A DNA stretch of 64,000 nucleotides from Cenarchaeum sp. (GTDB taxonomy: Archaea > Thermoproteota > Nitrososphaeria > Nitrososphaerales > Nitrosopumilaceae): positions 1,152,001 to 1,216,000 of the forward strand of contig OZ243037.1 in assembly GCA_965212015.1 (NCBI GenBank), given 5' to 3'. The notes under the pieces were generated by a model. That model did not search any database and was not told the DNA's origin. It saw only the letters and a list, made by a program, of their open reading frames with translations. A program made the position numbers and the translations under genes. Shown in pieces: positions 47,475-58,676 of the stretch; position 1 is the stretch's first letter, and every line of letters begins with the position of its first letter.

Positions 47475-50248
47475 TCCCAAAAACCCCGGGTCATCACGTA
47501 CTGCCTTTCTGCCTCGTATATCTGCCTAAAGAGGGTCTCGCCGTCAACCATGTTGCGCAGTATTCTCGCCGCAGTGTCGGCCCCTATGCCGTACCCCGAA
47601 AGGACCACCAGCGCGGTCCTGCCAAAGTTTTCAACCAGCGATGCCACCTTCCACGCCCTGTCCAGCCTGCGGGCCTCCTCGGCAGACGGCCTTGCTCCGC
47701 CGTGCCTTTTGCGTATTATCCCCGACAGGTCGTGGTCAGAATAAAACGTGGCCGTGATCTGGCGGCCCTTGCAGCGGGGGCACGACATTTTGCCGGGCAC
47801 CTCGCATGTCTTGTAGGAGCGCTCCCACTGCCCGCACCTTGCGCAGACCAGCCTGTGGACGGTCCCGTCCAGGCGCTTTTTTATCACCTCTAGGATCTTT
47901 TGGTCCACGTCTGCCGGCGACGAATAGTACTTTGCAAGGTGATCCAGTATGGGCTCGGCCAGCTTGGAGAACTTGGATACGTCAAGCCATTTTACCGCAA
48001 TCTCGCCGCCCCTAATCTCGTCAAGGACAGTCTGCGTCCTTGCAAGATCATACTTGTCATGGAATAGCTCGCGCAGCGCCTCCTTGACTATCGGGGTCTT
48101 GGAGTATTTTTCATACAGGTATCTCGTAAGCCTGCGCTCGTATGCGTCGTGCCTTCCGACGACGCCGAATTTTTTCGAGACGCACCACGTCCTCCAGTTG
48201 GCATTGTGGGTGCCGTCAAGGGATGCTGCCACTATCACGGACAGGTCATAGCTGTCGTGCAGCACCTTGCAGAGCATCTTTTCTGTTATCCTAGAGTTAG
48301 AAGAGAGGACAATCCTGTACGCATCAGATCTCGATTCCACAGAAGAGTCAAGCAGGGACGTCATCATGGAGGAGAGCAGCGCAGAGAGTGTAGAGTTTAT
48401 CCTGGTCCCCAGACACGCGTGCATGACTATCACGCCGCTCGACCTTGAGGATTCTACTGTGATCGTTTTTTCATCGGGAGCCGTGCCAAAGTCCAGCTTG
48501 GAGACGGTCTTGTCCACCAGTGCCAGCTTGAATCCGGCCTTGCTTCTAAAGAATCCCGCCCGCCTGGCCGTCCCAAGATCAACTGGGATGTTCTCGCCCT
48601 CCCAGTACGGGACGGTAATCTCCCCTGCGTGGTGCGGCTCGACGTTTACCTGCTGGGATTTTTCATCAACGTTGAGTATCCTCCACTTGGAGCCGCGCAG
48701 GACAAAGACGTTTCCCTGCTTGCCATAGTCGCCGACAAACCTCTGATCAAGCGTTCCGATCATCTTTTTTCCCACCGAATCAAACACGCGGAACCGGAGT
48801 CTGTCCGGAATCGTCGAGAGGTTTTCAAAATAATACCTAAACGAGCCGTTTTTTTTCCGCAGCAGCATTTTTTCCCTGTCAAATAGCAGCAGGTACCGGG
48901 AATCAAGCAGCTCAACTACGCTGAGAAAATCCCCCCGCGTTACGCCGCAAAACGGATACGCCTGCGTGACTATCCCAAAGGCGCGCTCTATTGTAATGCT
49001 GCCCAGCTGCATCGTCAGGCCGACCAGATGGTGTGCAAGGACGTCAAGGGAGCCGTCGTGGATCTTTTGCTCCTCGATAGAACCCTTTTCTATCCTCTCC
49101 AGGATTGCCCTCGTCTCGCACTCGTCATCAACATTGTTCGTCACGACCAGCCCCCTTGCAGAGGATCCCCTGTTGTGCCTGCTTCTTCCTATCCTTTGCA
49201 TGAGCTTCGTTACCTGCCTGGGCGAGCCATAATGGATTACCAGCTCGACTGAGCCGATGTCCAGTCCCAGCTCCAGTGAAGAGGTGCACACGACGAGCCC
49301 AAACCGGCCCTCCTTGAGCGAGTCCTCTGTCTGCTCGCGCACCTCCCTTGAGAGCGATCCGTGGTGCAGCTCGACTGGAATGGACGATTTTTCCTTGAGG
49401 ACTGATGCCAGAAATTCCGCCTCGCCCCTGCTGTTTGTAAAAAGAAGCACCGGCGAGTCCAGGTTGAGGGCGCCGACATACTCTATGATTGATTCGGCCA
49501 CATCAGAGATGGATCCGTCAATATGCCTTATCTCTACGTCGTATTTCCGGACAGAGGCATCCTCGATTATCTTGCACTTTCTTTTCGTTCCTGCTATGAA
49601 TTTTGAGGCGGCGACTGCGTTTCCCACCGTGGCAGACAGCCCTATCCTGGTCAAATCCCTGTCCGAGTTGATTGCCAGCCTCTCCAAGCTCAGCGACAGC
49701 TGCGATCCCCGCTCGTTGGGCAGCAGCTCGTGGACCTCGTCGATTACCACCCATTCCAGCTCAGAGAGGGCATCCAGCATGTTTTTCTGCGTCAGCACTA
49801 CTACAAGGGTCTCCGGGGTGGTGATGAGCACGTCGGGGGGCTCTAGCGATATCTTTTTTCTGATTTTTGGCGGGGTGTCGCCGTGCCGTATCTCAATTGA
49901 CAGATTATCTGCCTTGGCATACGACGTGATGCGCCTAAAGACGTCGCGGTTGAGCGCACGCAGCGGCGTTATGTACAGGACCCTGATTTTTCCGTGCTCC
50001 CTGAGGTTCCGCAGGTGAGAAAAGATTGGAATTATCGCGCACTCTGTCTTGCCCGAGCCCGTCGGGGCTATCACCAGCGAGTCTTTTTTCTGGTATATCA
50101 CAGGTACTGCCTTTTTCTGTATCTCCGTTAGACGCCCAAAGCCAAGGGATTGAAACTTTTCTGCCAGTACATGATCACGAGGCCGGCTCTTTTGCATTTT
50201 TTGCCCTTGTCCGTTCGTACACCATGACGCCCACCAGTCCCGCGGCAA
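47471..50248 (-). CDS. lhr: Lhr-family DEAD/H helicase with C-terminal Zn ribbon
   Basis: APTGSGKT, DEVH, SAT, HHGSL and QRIGRS; two CxxC motifs. Confidence 0.93.
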   Translation of the reverse strand: MPRDWWASWCTNGQGQKMQKSRPRDHVLAEKFQSLGFGRLTEIQKKAVPVIYQKKDSLVIAPTGSGKTECAIIPIFSHLRNLREHGKIRVLYITPLRALNRDVFRRITSYAKADNLSIEIRHGDTPPKIRKKISLEPPDVLITTPETLVVVLTQKNMLDALSELEWVVIDEVHELLPNERGSQLSLSLERLAINSDRDLTRIGLSATVGNAVAASKFIAGTKRKCKIIEDASVRKYDVEIRHIDGSISDVAESIIEYVGALNLDSPVLLFTNSRGEAEFLASVLKEKSSIPVELHHGSLSREVREQTEDSLKEGRFGLVVCTSSLELGLDIGSVELVIHYGSPRQVTKLMQRIGRSRHNRGSSARGLVVTNNVDDECETRAILERIEKGSIEEQKIHDGSLDVLAHHLVGLTMQLGSITIERAFGIVTQAYPFCGVTRGDFLSVVELLDSRYLLLFDREKMLLRKKNGSFRYYFENLSTIPDRLRFRVFDSVGKKMIGTLDQRFVGDYGKQGNVFVLRGSKWRILNVDEKSQQVNVEPHHAGEITVPYWEGENIPVDLGTARRAGFFRSKAGFKLALVDKTVSKLDFGTAPDEKTITVESSRSSGVIVMHACLGTRINSTLSALLSSMMTSLLDSSVESRSDAYRIVLSSNSRITEKMLCKVLHDSYDLSVIVAASLDGTHNANWRTWCVSKKFGVVGRHDAYERRLTRYLYEKYSKTPIVKEALRELFHDKYDLARTQTVLDEIRGGEIAVKWLDVSKFSKLAEPILDHLAKYYSSPADVDQKILEVIKKRLDGTVHRLVCARCGQWERSYKTCEVPGKMSCPRCKGRQITATFYSDHDLSGIIRKRHGGARPSAEEARRLDRAWKVASLVENFGRTALVVLSGYGIGADTAARILRNMVDGETLFRQIYEAERQYVMTRGFWD

Positions 50249-50325
50249 AAAGTATTACAGAGATTATCGGAATTTGATCAAATATTCCCGCCATGTGCAG
50301 TGTCGTATTTTCACGGTTAAATAGA

Positions 50326-50973
50326 TTAAGGTGCGCCAGAGATGCCCTCCGGCGTGATTACAAGGGAGAGCTTTGAGCTGCGGTTTACGGTAGTCGCCGT
50401 CCCGCGTATCGAATCCCCGTCCTTTGTCAGGCGGATTTTAAGGTGTGCAAATGGGCTGATCGCCCTTTCCATGCTTTCCACCCCGGTCCCGTCGATGTTC
50501 CGGATTGTATTAGTCATGATTACCGGAATGTCCTGCTCGATTGAAATCCTGGACAGATCGTGCATGTATTTCATGAATAGCTTGTTTTTCTCAAGGGACT
50601 GCCCCTCCCGGGAGAATTCAAAGGAGAATAGCTCCGTGACGCCCTCGATTATCACCAGCGAAAAGCACGGCCGGATCCTCAGGAGGCCGGAGATTTGCTC
50701 GCCCGTGTTGGTGATCCTCAGGACCCGGATGCGCTCTAGCAGTCCCCCGTCCCCGCCTTTAGTCCCGAGCATCTCTAGTATTCTTTCTGGCCTGAACTCG
50801 CCTTTTGTGTCCAGAAACAGGACCGTGTGTCCGTGCGCCACTGCGTTTGCGCACACCTGAAAGACAAGCTGCGTCTTGCCAGAAGCGGGGGAGCCGAAAA
50901 TATCCGTGACTAGGCCTCCCCGGAATCCTCCGTTTAGAAGCTCGTCGATCTGTGCAATGCCGGACTCTATCAC
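50326..50973 (-). CDS. RadA/Rad51 paralog (RadB-like)
   Basis: IDELLNGG, GSPASGKT and FRPERI; no N-terminal HhH domain. Confidence 0.85.
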   Translation of the reverse strand: MIESGIAQIDELLNGGFRGGLVTDIFGSPASGKTQLVFQVCANAVAHGHTVLFLDTKGEFRPERILEMLGTKGGDGGLLERIRVLRITNTGEQISGLLRIRPCFSLVIIEGVTELFSFEFSREGQSLEKNKLFMKYMHDLSRISIEQDIPVIMTNTIRNIDGTGVESMERAISPFAHLKIRLTKDGDSIRGTATTVNRSSKLSLVITPEGISGAP

Positions 50974-51059
50974 ACACTGTACACATTCAAAGTGAAAATT
51001 AAACGAATCTTATCTGCTTCTAAAAGAGGCAAGGCTTTTATTCTAGTTAGCATCGATGC

Positions 51060-51320
51060 ATGACGAGTGAGCGATTAGTGTCAGAATCTAGTGCAAAAAG
51101 ACCCCTAACCATACTACAAAAAAGCACCAAGAAAAAAGTTACAATTCGTCTGAAAAACGAGGTGGAATACAAGGGAAAGATGGACAATGTTGATTCCTAT
51201 ATGAATCTCATAATGACGGATGCCGACGAGCTCCACGACGGCAGGGTCATTGCAAACTATGGCAGGGTCATAGTGCGGGGAAACAATGTGCTGTTCATAA
51301 AGCTAGAAAATGAGCTGTAA
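51060..51320 (+). CDS. Sm-like archaeal protein (SmAP/Lsm)
   Basis: Sm1 motif G...D.YMNL and Sm2 motif VRGNNV. Confidence 0.93.
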   Translation: MTSERLVSESSAKRPLTILQKSTKKKVTIRLKNEVEYKGKMDNVDSYMNLIMTDADELHDGRVIANYGRVIVRGNNVLFIKLENEL

Positions 51321-51326
51321 TTTCTG

Positions 51327-52502
51327 GTGGTTTTTATGACAAGGAATTTTCTGTTTACATCAGAGTCAGTCACGGAGGGTCACCCAGACAAGGTCTGTGA
51401 TCAAATCTCCGATGCGATTTTAGACGAATACCTGAGGCAGGATCCCGATTCCAGGGTCGCAGTGGAGACGATGGCGACTACTGACTTTGTCGCAGTGGCA
51501 GGCGAGGTGACTTCGAGGGCGGAGTTTGGCCGGGATGCGCAAGAAAAGCTAGTCAGGGATACGATTCGGGAGATAGGCTATGACAGCGCGGATCTAAAGT
51601 TTGACGCAGAGACGTGCCGCGTGGAGCTGAGAATCCACGCCCAGAGTCCGGATATCAGCCAGGGGGTGACTGCCACGGACGGCAGGGAACAGGGGGCAGG
51701 CGACCAGGGACTGATGTTCGGATATGCAACAAACGAGACAGACGAGCTCATGCCGCTGCCGATACTGCTGGCGCACAAGCTTACAGAAAAGCTCGCCGCA
51801 GTCAGAAAGTCAGGCGCCATTGACTGGATGAGGCCCGATGGAAAATCGCAGGTGTCAGTAGAGTACGAGGACGACAAGCCAAAAAGGATCGAGACTGTCG
51901 TAATCTCTACGCAGCACAAGCCAGAGGTATCCGCAGACAGGATAACAGACGCCATGATCGGCGAGGTGATAAAGCCGGTATGCGGAAAGTTCTGGAGCGA
52001 CAAGATAAAAGTGCACGTAAACCCGACTGGCAGATTCGAGCTCGGAGGGCCGCATGCAGACACCGGACTGACGGGAAGAAAGATCATAGTAGACACATAC
52101 GGCGGGTTTGGGCGCCACGGCGGAGGTGCCTTTTCGGGAAAGGATCCCTCAAAGGTCGACAGATCTGCGTGCTATATGTGCAGGTACATTGCAAAGAACA
52201 TAGTCGCAGCCGGACTGGCAGACAGGTGCGAGATTCAGGTGGCATACGCAATAGGCGTGGCCGAGCCTGTGTCCCTGATGATCAACACGTTTGGAACATT
52301 CAAGATTCCGGAGGAGGGCATTGAGGGTATAGTAAGAAAGCACTTTAAGATGACTCCGGCCGCAATCATTGCGCAGCTTGGCTTGAAGAGGCCGATCTTC
52401 AAAAAGACTGCGTCATACGGGCACTTTGGAAGGGACAATCCCGAGTTCAGCTGGGAGAGAACGGACAGGGCAGACGAGCTAAGACAGGCCGCTGGCCTCT
52501 AG
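51327..52502 (+). CDS. metK: S-adenosylmethionine synthetase (bacterial/eukaryotic type)
   Basis: [17 protein letters not shown] and GGGAFSGKD. Confidence 0.97.
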   Translation: MVFMTRNFLFTSESVTEGHPDKVCDQISDAILDEYLRQDPDSRVAVETMATTDFVAVAGEVTSRAEFGRDAQEKLVRDTIREIGYDSADLKFDAETCRVELRIHAQSPDISQGVTATDGREQGAGDQGLMFGYATNETDELMPLPILLAHKLTEKLAAVRKSGAIDWMRPDGKSQVSVEYEDDKPKRIETVVISTQHKPEVSADRITDAMIGEVIKPVCGKFWSDKIKVHVNPTGRFELGGPHADTGLTGRKIIVDTYGGFGRHGGGAFSGKDPSKVDRSACYMCRYIAKNIVAAGLADRCEIQVAYAIGVAEPVSLMINTFGTFKIPEEGIEGIVRKHFKMTPAAIIAQLGLKRPIFKKTASYGHFGRDNPEFSWERTDRADELRQAAGL

Positions 52503-53324
52503 TGCGTCGGCATATCCCGCAAACTCTAGGCCGGATGATTTTTTCAGCGCTTTAAAATCGCCTGTAAATCCACCCACCAAAATGTTCAGATCGTCTATTC
52601 CAAAGACGGGATCGGGATCACGCATGGCCCGCCGGTATGCCTCCTCAAGGCTGATCTTTTTTGTCTTTTTAAAGCGCAGCGCAGAGACGAGGCGGCCGTA
52701 CGTTACGGTCTCCGGGCCCACCAGATCGACTGTCTTGCGCGAATATCCCGAATTGATGGACTGGAGGATTATCCTGCAGGCGTCATCAATGTGGATTGGC
52801 TGCATCGGGAATCTTCCAGAGCCGGGAATCACTATTTGGCCGGCGCGGATCTGTCTCTTGAGGCTTTTCGTGAGATGATCGTCTTTTCCGATTATGTAGG
52901 AGGGACGGAATATCGTATAGTCGAGCCCCGAGCGGATGACGGCCTGCTCTGCCCTGTACTTTGAGACGAAATAGTCAGTTACGGATTCCGGTGACGCCCC
53001 CAGCCCGCTGTTAAAGACGAATTTTTTTACGCCGGCCCTGCCGCACAGCCCGAGGAGCCTTTTTGTCAGGTTTACATTGACAGACGAATAGTCAGAGCCG
53101 GCATTCTGCCTTCCGATTCCGACCAGGTGGACAAATACGTCGCACCCCCCTAGCTTCGGGAGCAGCTTGTGCGTATAGTCCGTGATTACCTTGTCCTCGT
53201 TCTTGCGGCCCTCAAAGTCCCGGCGGGCGAGGCACACTGCAGAAATGCCTTTTTGGGCCAGCAGTCTTCTGAGGTTTCTTGCGACAAACCCGTCTGCCCC
53301 GCTGATTGCAACCCTGCCTGCCAT
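52479..53324 (-). CDS. NAD-dependent epimerase/dehydratase (NDUFA9-like atypical SDR)
   Basis: [13 protein letters not shown] and RPS. Confidence 0.88.
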   Translation of the reverse strand: MAGRVAISGADGFVARNLRRLLAQKGISAVCLARRDFEGRKNEDKVITDYTHKLLPKLGGCDVFVHLVGIGRQNAGSDYSSVNVNLTKRLLGLCGRAGVKKFVFNSGLGASPESVTDYFVSKYRAEQAVIRSGLDYTIFRPSYIIGKDDHLTKSLKRQIRAGQIVIPGSGRFPMQPIHIDDACRIILQSINSGYSRKTVDLVGPETVTYGRLVSALRFKKTKKISLEEAYRRAMRDPDPVFGIDDLNILVGGFTGDFKALKKSSGLEFAGYADALEASGLS

Positions 53325-53400
53325 GTATGGTTTATGCCGGTGCGGGATTTTAATTCATCCCTGTTAATGGTTTATCAAGAAGAATCGACACGGTATTGGC

Positions 53401-54492
53401 GTGGATAAAAAACAGCTGAGAACGGGATTTACCACCGGGACGTGCGCTGCGGCAGCATCCAGGGCTGCTCTTCTGGCGCTGGCAGGACAGCGCAGGATAG
53501 AGTCGGTGCCCGTGATTCTGCCAAAGGGATCCGTGGTGGATATGGCAGTCAACAGCTGCCGGTTCTCTGCTGACGGGGCCGTGTGCTCTGTGATAAAAGA
53601 CGGGGGCGACGATCCGGACGTCACCCACGGCGCTGAGATTTTTTCAAGCCTGTCGCTGACGGAATCGGCAGGCGGAATCGAGATAGACGGGGGCGACGGG
53701 GTGGGAACGGTGACAAAACCCGGCCTGGGCCTGGAGATTGGCAAGGCCGCGATAAATCCCACGCCCAAAAAAATGATTCGTGAGAACATCCGGGCGCTCG
53801 GGTGCGGCATTCTCGAAAAAAACGGCGTCAGAATAGTCATCTCGGTTCCAAGCGGCCGCGAGCTTGCGCCCAAGACGGACAATCCCAGGCTTGGAATCGT
53901 CGGCGGCATATCGATTCTCGGGACAAGCGGCATAGTGATCCCGTTTTCCACTGCGGCATATGCGGCATCAATACGCCAGAACATAGACGTGGCAGTGGCC
54001 ATGGGCGACGCAGACGTGGTCCTGACGACCGGCGGGCGAAGCGAGGATTTTGCAAGAAAAATAATCAGTCTTCCGGACCACTGCTTTGTCCAGATGGGTG
54101 ATTTTTCCGGGTACGCCATACAGCAGTGCGCAAAAAAGCAGATAAGAAAGGCGTTTGTCGCAGGCTTTGTCGGCAAGCTGGCAAAGATGGCGACAGGGAC
54201 AAGGCAGACGCACCTGAAAGGCTCCAAGGTGGACATGGGTTTTCTGGCCGGGCTGGCAGAAAAGGCCGGCGCGTCAGGCGACACGATACGGAGGATCAGG
54301 GATGCGGCCACTGCAAGGCACGTCCTTGAGATCATCCAGGAGGCCAAAAACTGCGAATTCTTTGGGCTCGTATGCGAGGAGGTGTGCCGGCAGATGCAGG
54401 CCCACTCAGATGGCAAAGTCTGCATCGAGGTGATCATGTTTGATTTTGACGGGGCGGTGCTTGCCAGGTATTCCAGGCCAGAGACCGGCTAG
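53401..54492 (+). CDS. cbiD: Cobalt-precorrin-5B C1-methyltransferase
   Basis: GFTTGTCA, KDGGDDPDVTHG and GGISILGTSG. Confidence 0.96.
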   Translation: MDKKQLRTGFTTGTCAAAASRAALLALAGQRRIESVPVILPKGSVVDMAVNSCRFSADGAVCSVIKDGGDDPDVTHGAEIFSSLSLTESAGGIEIDGGDGVGTVTKPGLGLEIGKAAINPTPKKMIRENIRALGCGILEKNGVRIVISVPSGRELAPKTDNPRLGIVGGISILGTSGIVIPFSTAAYAASIRQNIDVAVAMGDADVVLTTGGRSEDFARKIISLPDHCFVQMGDFSGYAIQQCAKKQIRKAFVAGFVGKLAKMATGTRQTHLKGSKVDMGFLAGLAEKAGASGDTIRRIRDAATARHVLEIIQEAKNCEFFGLVCEEVCRQMQAHSDGKVCIEVIMFDFDGAVLARYSRPETG

Positions 54493-54702
54493 GCTGTGCC
54501 CGGTCCGCGCGGGTTTTGCACGCATGCCATAACAGGGTTTGAATCATGCCGCTACACTGACAGATGCCGTGATACAGTCCGGCTGCGGACGGGTGCAGGT
54601 AGTGCTGCTGCGGATTTGCGCAGACAGAATGCCGGTATGGGTGGCGGGTTTTTTCCATTGCCGGTCAGTAAGGTATTTTATCATACATGGCAGAGTCAAC
54701 AC

Positions 54703-55752
54703 GTGGAAAACACCTCGGTTCTGGCAATCACCAGAAACGGAATACGAATCGGCCAAAAGTTGAAGGGTTTTTTTCCGGAATGGCGCATCTATGCCCCCGC
54801 AAAGCTTGCAGACGGCAGCGCCGGCACGGTCTGGTTTGACAATCCCACCTCATCGAAGCTCGAAGAGCTATTCAGGACAAGCGATGCAATAGTCTGCCTG
54901 TTCTCTCTTGGCGCAGTAGTCAGGCTGATCGCGCCGCACCTGCGCGATAAAAAGACGGATCCCGCCGTGATCGTAATTGACGACCAGGCCGGCTTTGTAA
55001 TCAGCGCGCTGTCAGGACACCTGGGCGGGGCAAACCAGCTGGCTGGCCGGATTGCCAAAAAGCTGGGGGCCACGCCCGTCATAACTACGGCCGCAGACGT
55101 CAACAAGACCATAGCAGTAGACCTGATAGGGAGGGATTTTGGCTGGCAGATTGACAATGACGAGCATGTGACAAAGATAAGCGCGTTTATGGTAAACGGT
55201 GAAAAAATAGGATTGTACCAGGACGCCGGCCAGAAGGACTGGTGGGGTGGCAGCATGCCCGGAAACGTCACCACATACGGCAGCACAGATGAGCTGCAGG
55301 ATTCGGACTCGAGGGCATTTCTGGCAATCACCGACAGGATATTAGAGCTGGACAGGCCTGCGGTGATATTTAGGCCAAAGACGCTGGTGGCGGGAATAGG
55401 GCTGCACCAGGACACAACAAAGCAGACCATCCGGGACGGACTAGACGCGTGCCTGGAAAAGTTTTCGCTCAGCCCGAAATCCGTCGCAAAGATTGTCTCG
55501 ATAAAAAAACCAAGGGATGTGGCGGGGCTGGTTGATTTTTCCGGCGAGGCGGGGATTCCGCTGGAATACGTCAAAAGAGAAGAGCTGGCAGGGGTGGATA
55601 TTCCCAACCCGTCTGAAACCGTCAGGTCGTTTGAGGGAACGCCGAGTGTTTCAGAGGCCGCAGCGATGCTTGGATCCGGCGGCCCGCTGATAGTGGAAAA
55701 ACAGAAATTCCCCCCGGATCTGACTGTCGCCATAGCGAGGGTGATGTTTTGA
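54703..55752 (+). CDS. cbiG: Cobalt-precorrin-5A hydrolase
   Basis: DPAV, SGHLGGAN, VITTA and SVSEAAA; GTG start. Confidence 0.93.
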   Translation: MENTSVLAITRNGIRIGQKLKGFFPEWRIYAPAKLADGSAGTVWFDNPTSSKLEELFRTSDAIVCLFSLGAVVRLIAPHLRDKKTDPAVIVIDDQAGFVISALSGHLGGANQLAGRIAKKLGATPVITTAADVNKTIAVDLIGRDFGWQIDNDEHVTKISAFMVNGEKIGLYQDAGQKDWWGGSMPGNVTTYGSTDELQDSDSRAFLAITDRILELDRPAVIFRPKTLVAGIGLHQDTTKQTIRDGLDACLEKFSLSPKSVAKIVSIKKPRDVAGLVDFSGEAGIPLEYVKREELAGVDIPNPSETVRSFEGTPSVSEAAAMLGSGGPLIVEKQKFPPDLTVAIARVMF

Positions 55753-56501
55753 GGCGCGGACTGTTAGTAATAGACAGGGGAAGCAGGGAGCGCGAGGTCA
55801 GAGACGAGCTAAAAGAGATCTGTGCCAGAGTAAAGGAGAGGGGAGGTTACGAGTTTTCGGATTTTTGTTTTTTGGAGGTGACGGGCCCGTTTATCAGGGA
55901 GGGAATGGAGCGCGCCCTTAGCCAAGGAATTGACACGCTGACGATCGTGCCGTATTTTTTGTACCCCGGAAAAAAGGTAAAGGCCGCCGTTACTGACGCA
56001 ATGAAGTTTCAGGCGGCGACTGGCGTAAAATTCGTCGTGACAAGGCCCATGAGCATGCACCAGACCATGGTTGATATCGTGGAGAACAGGATTACATCGG
56101 CATTAAAAAACGACAGCTCCGGCCTGCCAAAAGGCGAGATCGACGTGCTAGTCATCGGACACGGAAGCAAGGATCCCAACGCCAAGCTGTCCATACAGTA
56201 TCTGGTAGGCGGGCTAGAGCCGTCATACAGAAACGTGGAATACTGCTTTTTGGAGATCGAGGAGCCGGACATACGGCAGGGGATTGCCAAATGCGAGGCC
56301 AACCATCCAAGGGTGCTAGTCATTGTGTTTTATTTCCTCCACGAGGGCGCGCACGTAAAGCGCGACATTTACGAGGATCTCAACCCGTGCCTGGAAAAAT
56401 CCGGCCTGAACGTCCTCATCACAAGGCACATAGGGGCAGACGAAAAGATGGTCGACCTGATAATCGACAGGGCAGGCGAGGTGGAAGATGCAAACCGGTA
56501 A
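55749..56501 (+). CDS. cbiX: Sirohydrochlorin (cobalto)chelatase, duplicated CbiX domains
   Basis: DRGS/GHGS, FLE and GAHVKRDI. Confidence 0.88.
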   Translation: MRRGLLVIDRGSREREVRDELKEICARVKERGGYEFSDFCFLEVTGPFIREGMERALSQGIDTLTIVPYFLYPGKKVKAAVTDAMKFQAATGVKFVVTRPMSMHQTMVDIVENRITSALKNDSSGLPKGEIDVLVIGHGSKDPNAKLSIQYLVGGLEPSYRNVEYCFLEIEEPDIRQGIAKCEANHPRVLVIVFYFLHEGAHVKRDIYEDLNPCLEKSGLNVLITRHIGADEKMVDLIIDRAGEVEDANR

Positions 56502-57120
56502 GGGGCAGTCAATAGAGGACGCCAGCATGAGGATTATAGAGGACGAGGTGGGGGACCACCCGTACGGCAAAATGGAGTGGCCGATAGTCAGGAGGATCAT
56601 CCACTCCACGGCCGACTTTGACTTTGCGGGCAAAAACGCGGTGGTCTTTGGCGACGGGGCGGCAAGCTGCGGCATTGACGCACTTGCGCGCGGCTGCAAC
56701 ATTGTTACGGACGTAAACGGCGTGGGCGGCCTGTTCAACAAGCAGAATCTGAGGGATTTTAAAAACACCCTGATCTGCAGGATATCCGACGAGGAGACCG
56801 TCATGCTTGCCAAAAAGGAGGGCATGACGCGCGCAGAGGCCTCCATGATGCGATCCAAATCCGAGATGGACGGCGGCATAATAGTAATCGGCAACGCGCC
56901 GACTGCCCTGCTAGAGGTAATCAGGATGGTCGGCAAGGGTGTAAGGCCCGCCCTGATAATAGGAATGCCCGTGGGATTCATCTCGGCTGCCGAATCCAAG
57001 GCAAGGCTGGAGACAGTCGAGGTTCCGTTTATCACAAACAGGGGAAGAAAGGGCGGCAGCCCGTCTGCCGCTGCGATAGTCAATGCGCTATTCAAGCTGC
57101 TAAGGGAGTCACCTGCGTGA
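56488..57120 (+). CDS. cbiC: Precorrin-8X methylmutase
   Basis: RIIHSTAD, GNAPTAL, PVGF and GRKGGS. Confidence 0.95.
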   Translation: MQTGKGQSIEDASMRIIEDEVGDHPYGKMEWPIVRRIIHSTADFDFAGKNAVVFGDGAASCGIDALARGCNIVTDVNGVGGLFNKQNLRDFKNTLICRISDEETVMLAKKEGMTRAEASMMRSKSEMDGGIIVIGNAPTALLEVIRMVGKGVRPALIIGMPVGFISAAESKARLETVEVPFITNRGRKGGSPSAAAIVNALFKLLRESPA

Positions 57121-58452
57121 GTGCCGGATGCAGCTTTCTGCAAGCCTTTGCGCCATTTTAGAGTCAAAATACAGGTGCCCGTAGGAGGCCAGTGTGTTGT
57201 GGGCCATCAGGCCGTCCTTTTTGCCCCCTATTCCCTCGCCCAGCGACATGTCATAGGCGAATCTCGAGTCCTCCGGAACCTCCTCTATCTCCGAATAGTG
57301 AAACTCGTGGCCGTGGAGTCTCTGCGATTTGGCAGCCGTTATACAGTCGCCTGATACCGTCGCCTTTGTATAGTTGAGCTTTACCCTTTTGGTCATTATC
57401 GTCCTTACGTCAAAGACGCCTGCCATTTTATAGTCGCCAGACCCGCTTGTGATGGAATCGGCAAGGTACATCAGCCCCCCGCATTCGGCATAGACCGGCC
57501 CCCCGTCTTGTGCGAATTTTTTGACGGCCGTCTTCATCCTGCGGTTTTTTGCCAGGCGTTGCGCCCGGATTTCGGGAAACCCCCCGCCGATGTACAGCCC
57601 GTCGCACCGTGGAGGCGCCGTGTCGTCGACGGGGCTAAAGAATTTTATCTCCAGTCCGGCGCGCCTCAGGGCGTCAAGGTTGTCCTGATAATAAAAATTA
57701 AAAGAGTCGTCAAGTGCCACGCCGATCGAAGCCTTTGCCGGCCTTTGCCTGCGCACCGGCGGCCCCGGCAGGGTGGGGGCGGTCTTGCAGATCTGAATTA
57801 TCTTTTTGGCGTCGACAAAGCCCGATATTTTTTCTGCGATTCTTCCGAGCTTTGATGCGGATTCCGGCGCAACAACCAGTCCGAGATGGCGCGAATCAAG
57901 CGACAGGGCGGCGTCCCTTGGAACGCATCCCACAACTGGAATCCCCAGCGGTTTGAGGGCCTGCCTGCAGAGTCCCTCGTGCCTCGGGCTTGCCAGCCTG
58001 TTGAGTATGATTCCGCGTATCCTGGAATTTCTGTGGAACTTTTTGAATCCCAGGGCGGTTGCGGCAATGGAGCGCGACGTACGGCTGGCATCCAGAACCA
58101 GAACCACGGGGGCCCTTAGGATCGATGCGACATGGTGCGTGCTAGACGCGTTGGAATCGCCGGCAAAGCCGTCAAAGTATCCCATCACGCCCTCCACTAC
58201 AGAGACGTCACTAGTAGAGCTTGCAACAAAGCTGTCCATCAGGTTTTTTTTGCCCATCAGCCAGACGTCCAGGTTCCGGGCGGGGTTTCCCGATGCCAGC
58301 TCAAGATATCCGGGATCAATGTAATCCGGGCCCACCTTGAAGGGCTGGACGGTATGGCCGAGCTTTCCCAGTGCGCAGATTATGCCGCACGAGATCGACG
58401 TCTTTCCCACCCCGCTAGAGGAGCCCGCCAGGACAAGTCTGGGTATTTGCAA
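57109..58452 (-). CDS. cbiA: Cobyrinate a,c-diamide synthase
   Basis: GVGKT, KVGPDYID, EGVMG, AECGG and GHEFHYS. Confidence 0.95.
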   Translation of the reverse strand: MQIPRLVLAGSSSGVGKTSISCGIICALGKLGHTVQPFKVGPDYIDPGYLELASGNPARNLDVWLMGKKNLMDSFVASSTSDVSVVEGVMGYFDGFAGDSNASSTHHVASILRAPVVLVLDASRTSRSIAATALGFKKFHRNSRIRGIILNRLASPRHEGLCRQALKPLGIPVVGCVPRDAALSLDSRHLGLVVAPESASKLGRIAEKISGFVDAKKIIQICKTAPTLPGPPVRRQRPAKASIGVALDDSFNFYYQDNLDALRRAGLEIKFFSPVDDTAPPRCDGLYIGGGFPEIRAQRLAKNRRMKTAVKKFAQDGGPVYAECGGLMYLADSITSGSGDYKMAGVFDVRTIMTKRVKLNYTKATVSGDCITAAKSQRLHGHEFHYSEIEEVPEDSRFAYDMSLGEGIGGKKDGLMAHNTLASYGHLYFDSKMAQRLAESCIRHSRR

Positions 58453-58676
58453 TTCAAGCTGATACGGCCCGTTTTAATTTAAACCAATGTCCGGGAGGCA
58501 GCGCCTGCCTTGCGTCCGGCGCGCATTCTTGCATGCCGGCTTGTACCGGACTGTCCCGCGAAATGTCAGGCGTGTCAGGACATGGTGCGCGCATGGCAGC
58601 TAGCCAGACCAGCATGATGGATTATCATCCTAGAATCAATGAGGGGTTTAAATTAAAAATTATATGCGTGGTGCCG

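Noticed and set aside
51327-52502. Bacterial-type MetK (and class II HMG-CoA reductase, DnaK/J/GrpE) as recent HGT
   Set aside because: These are expected in Nitrososphaerota and their composition matches the surrounding core genes.
54493-54702. Cobalamin riboswitch between cbiD and cbiG
   Set aside because: No B12-box or conserved core motifs recognised.
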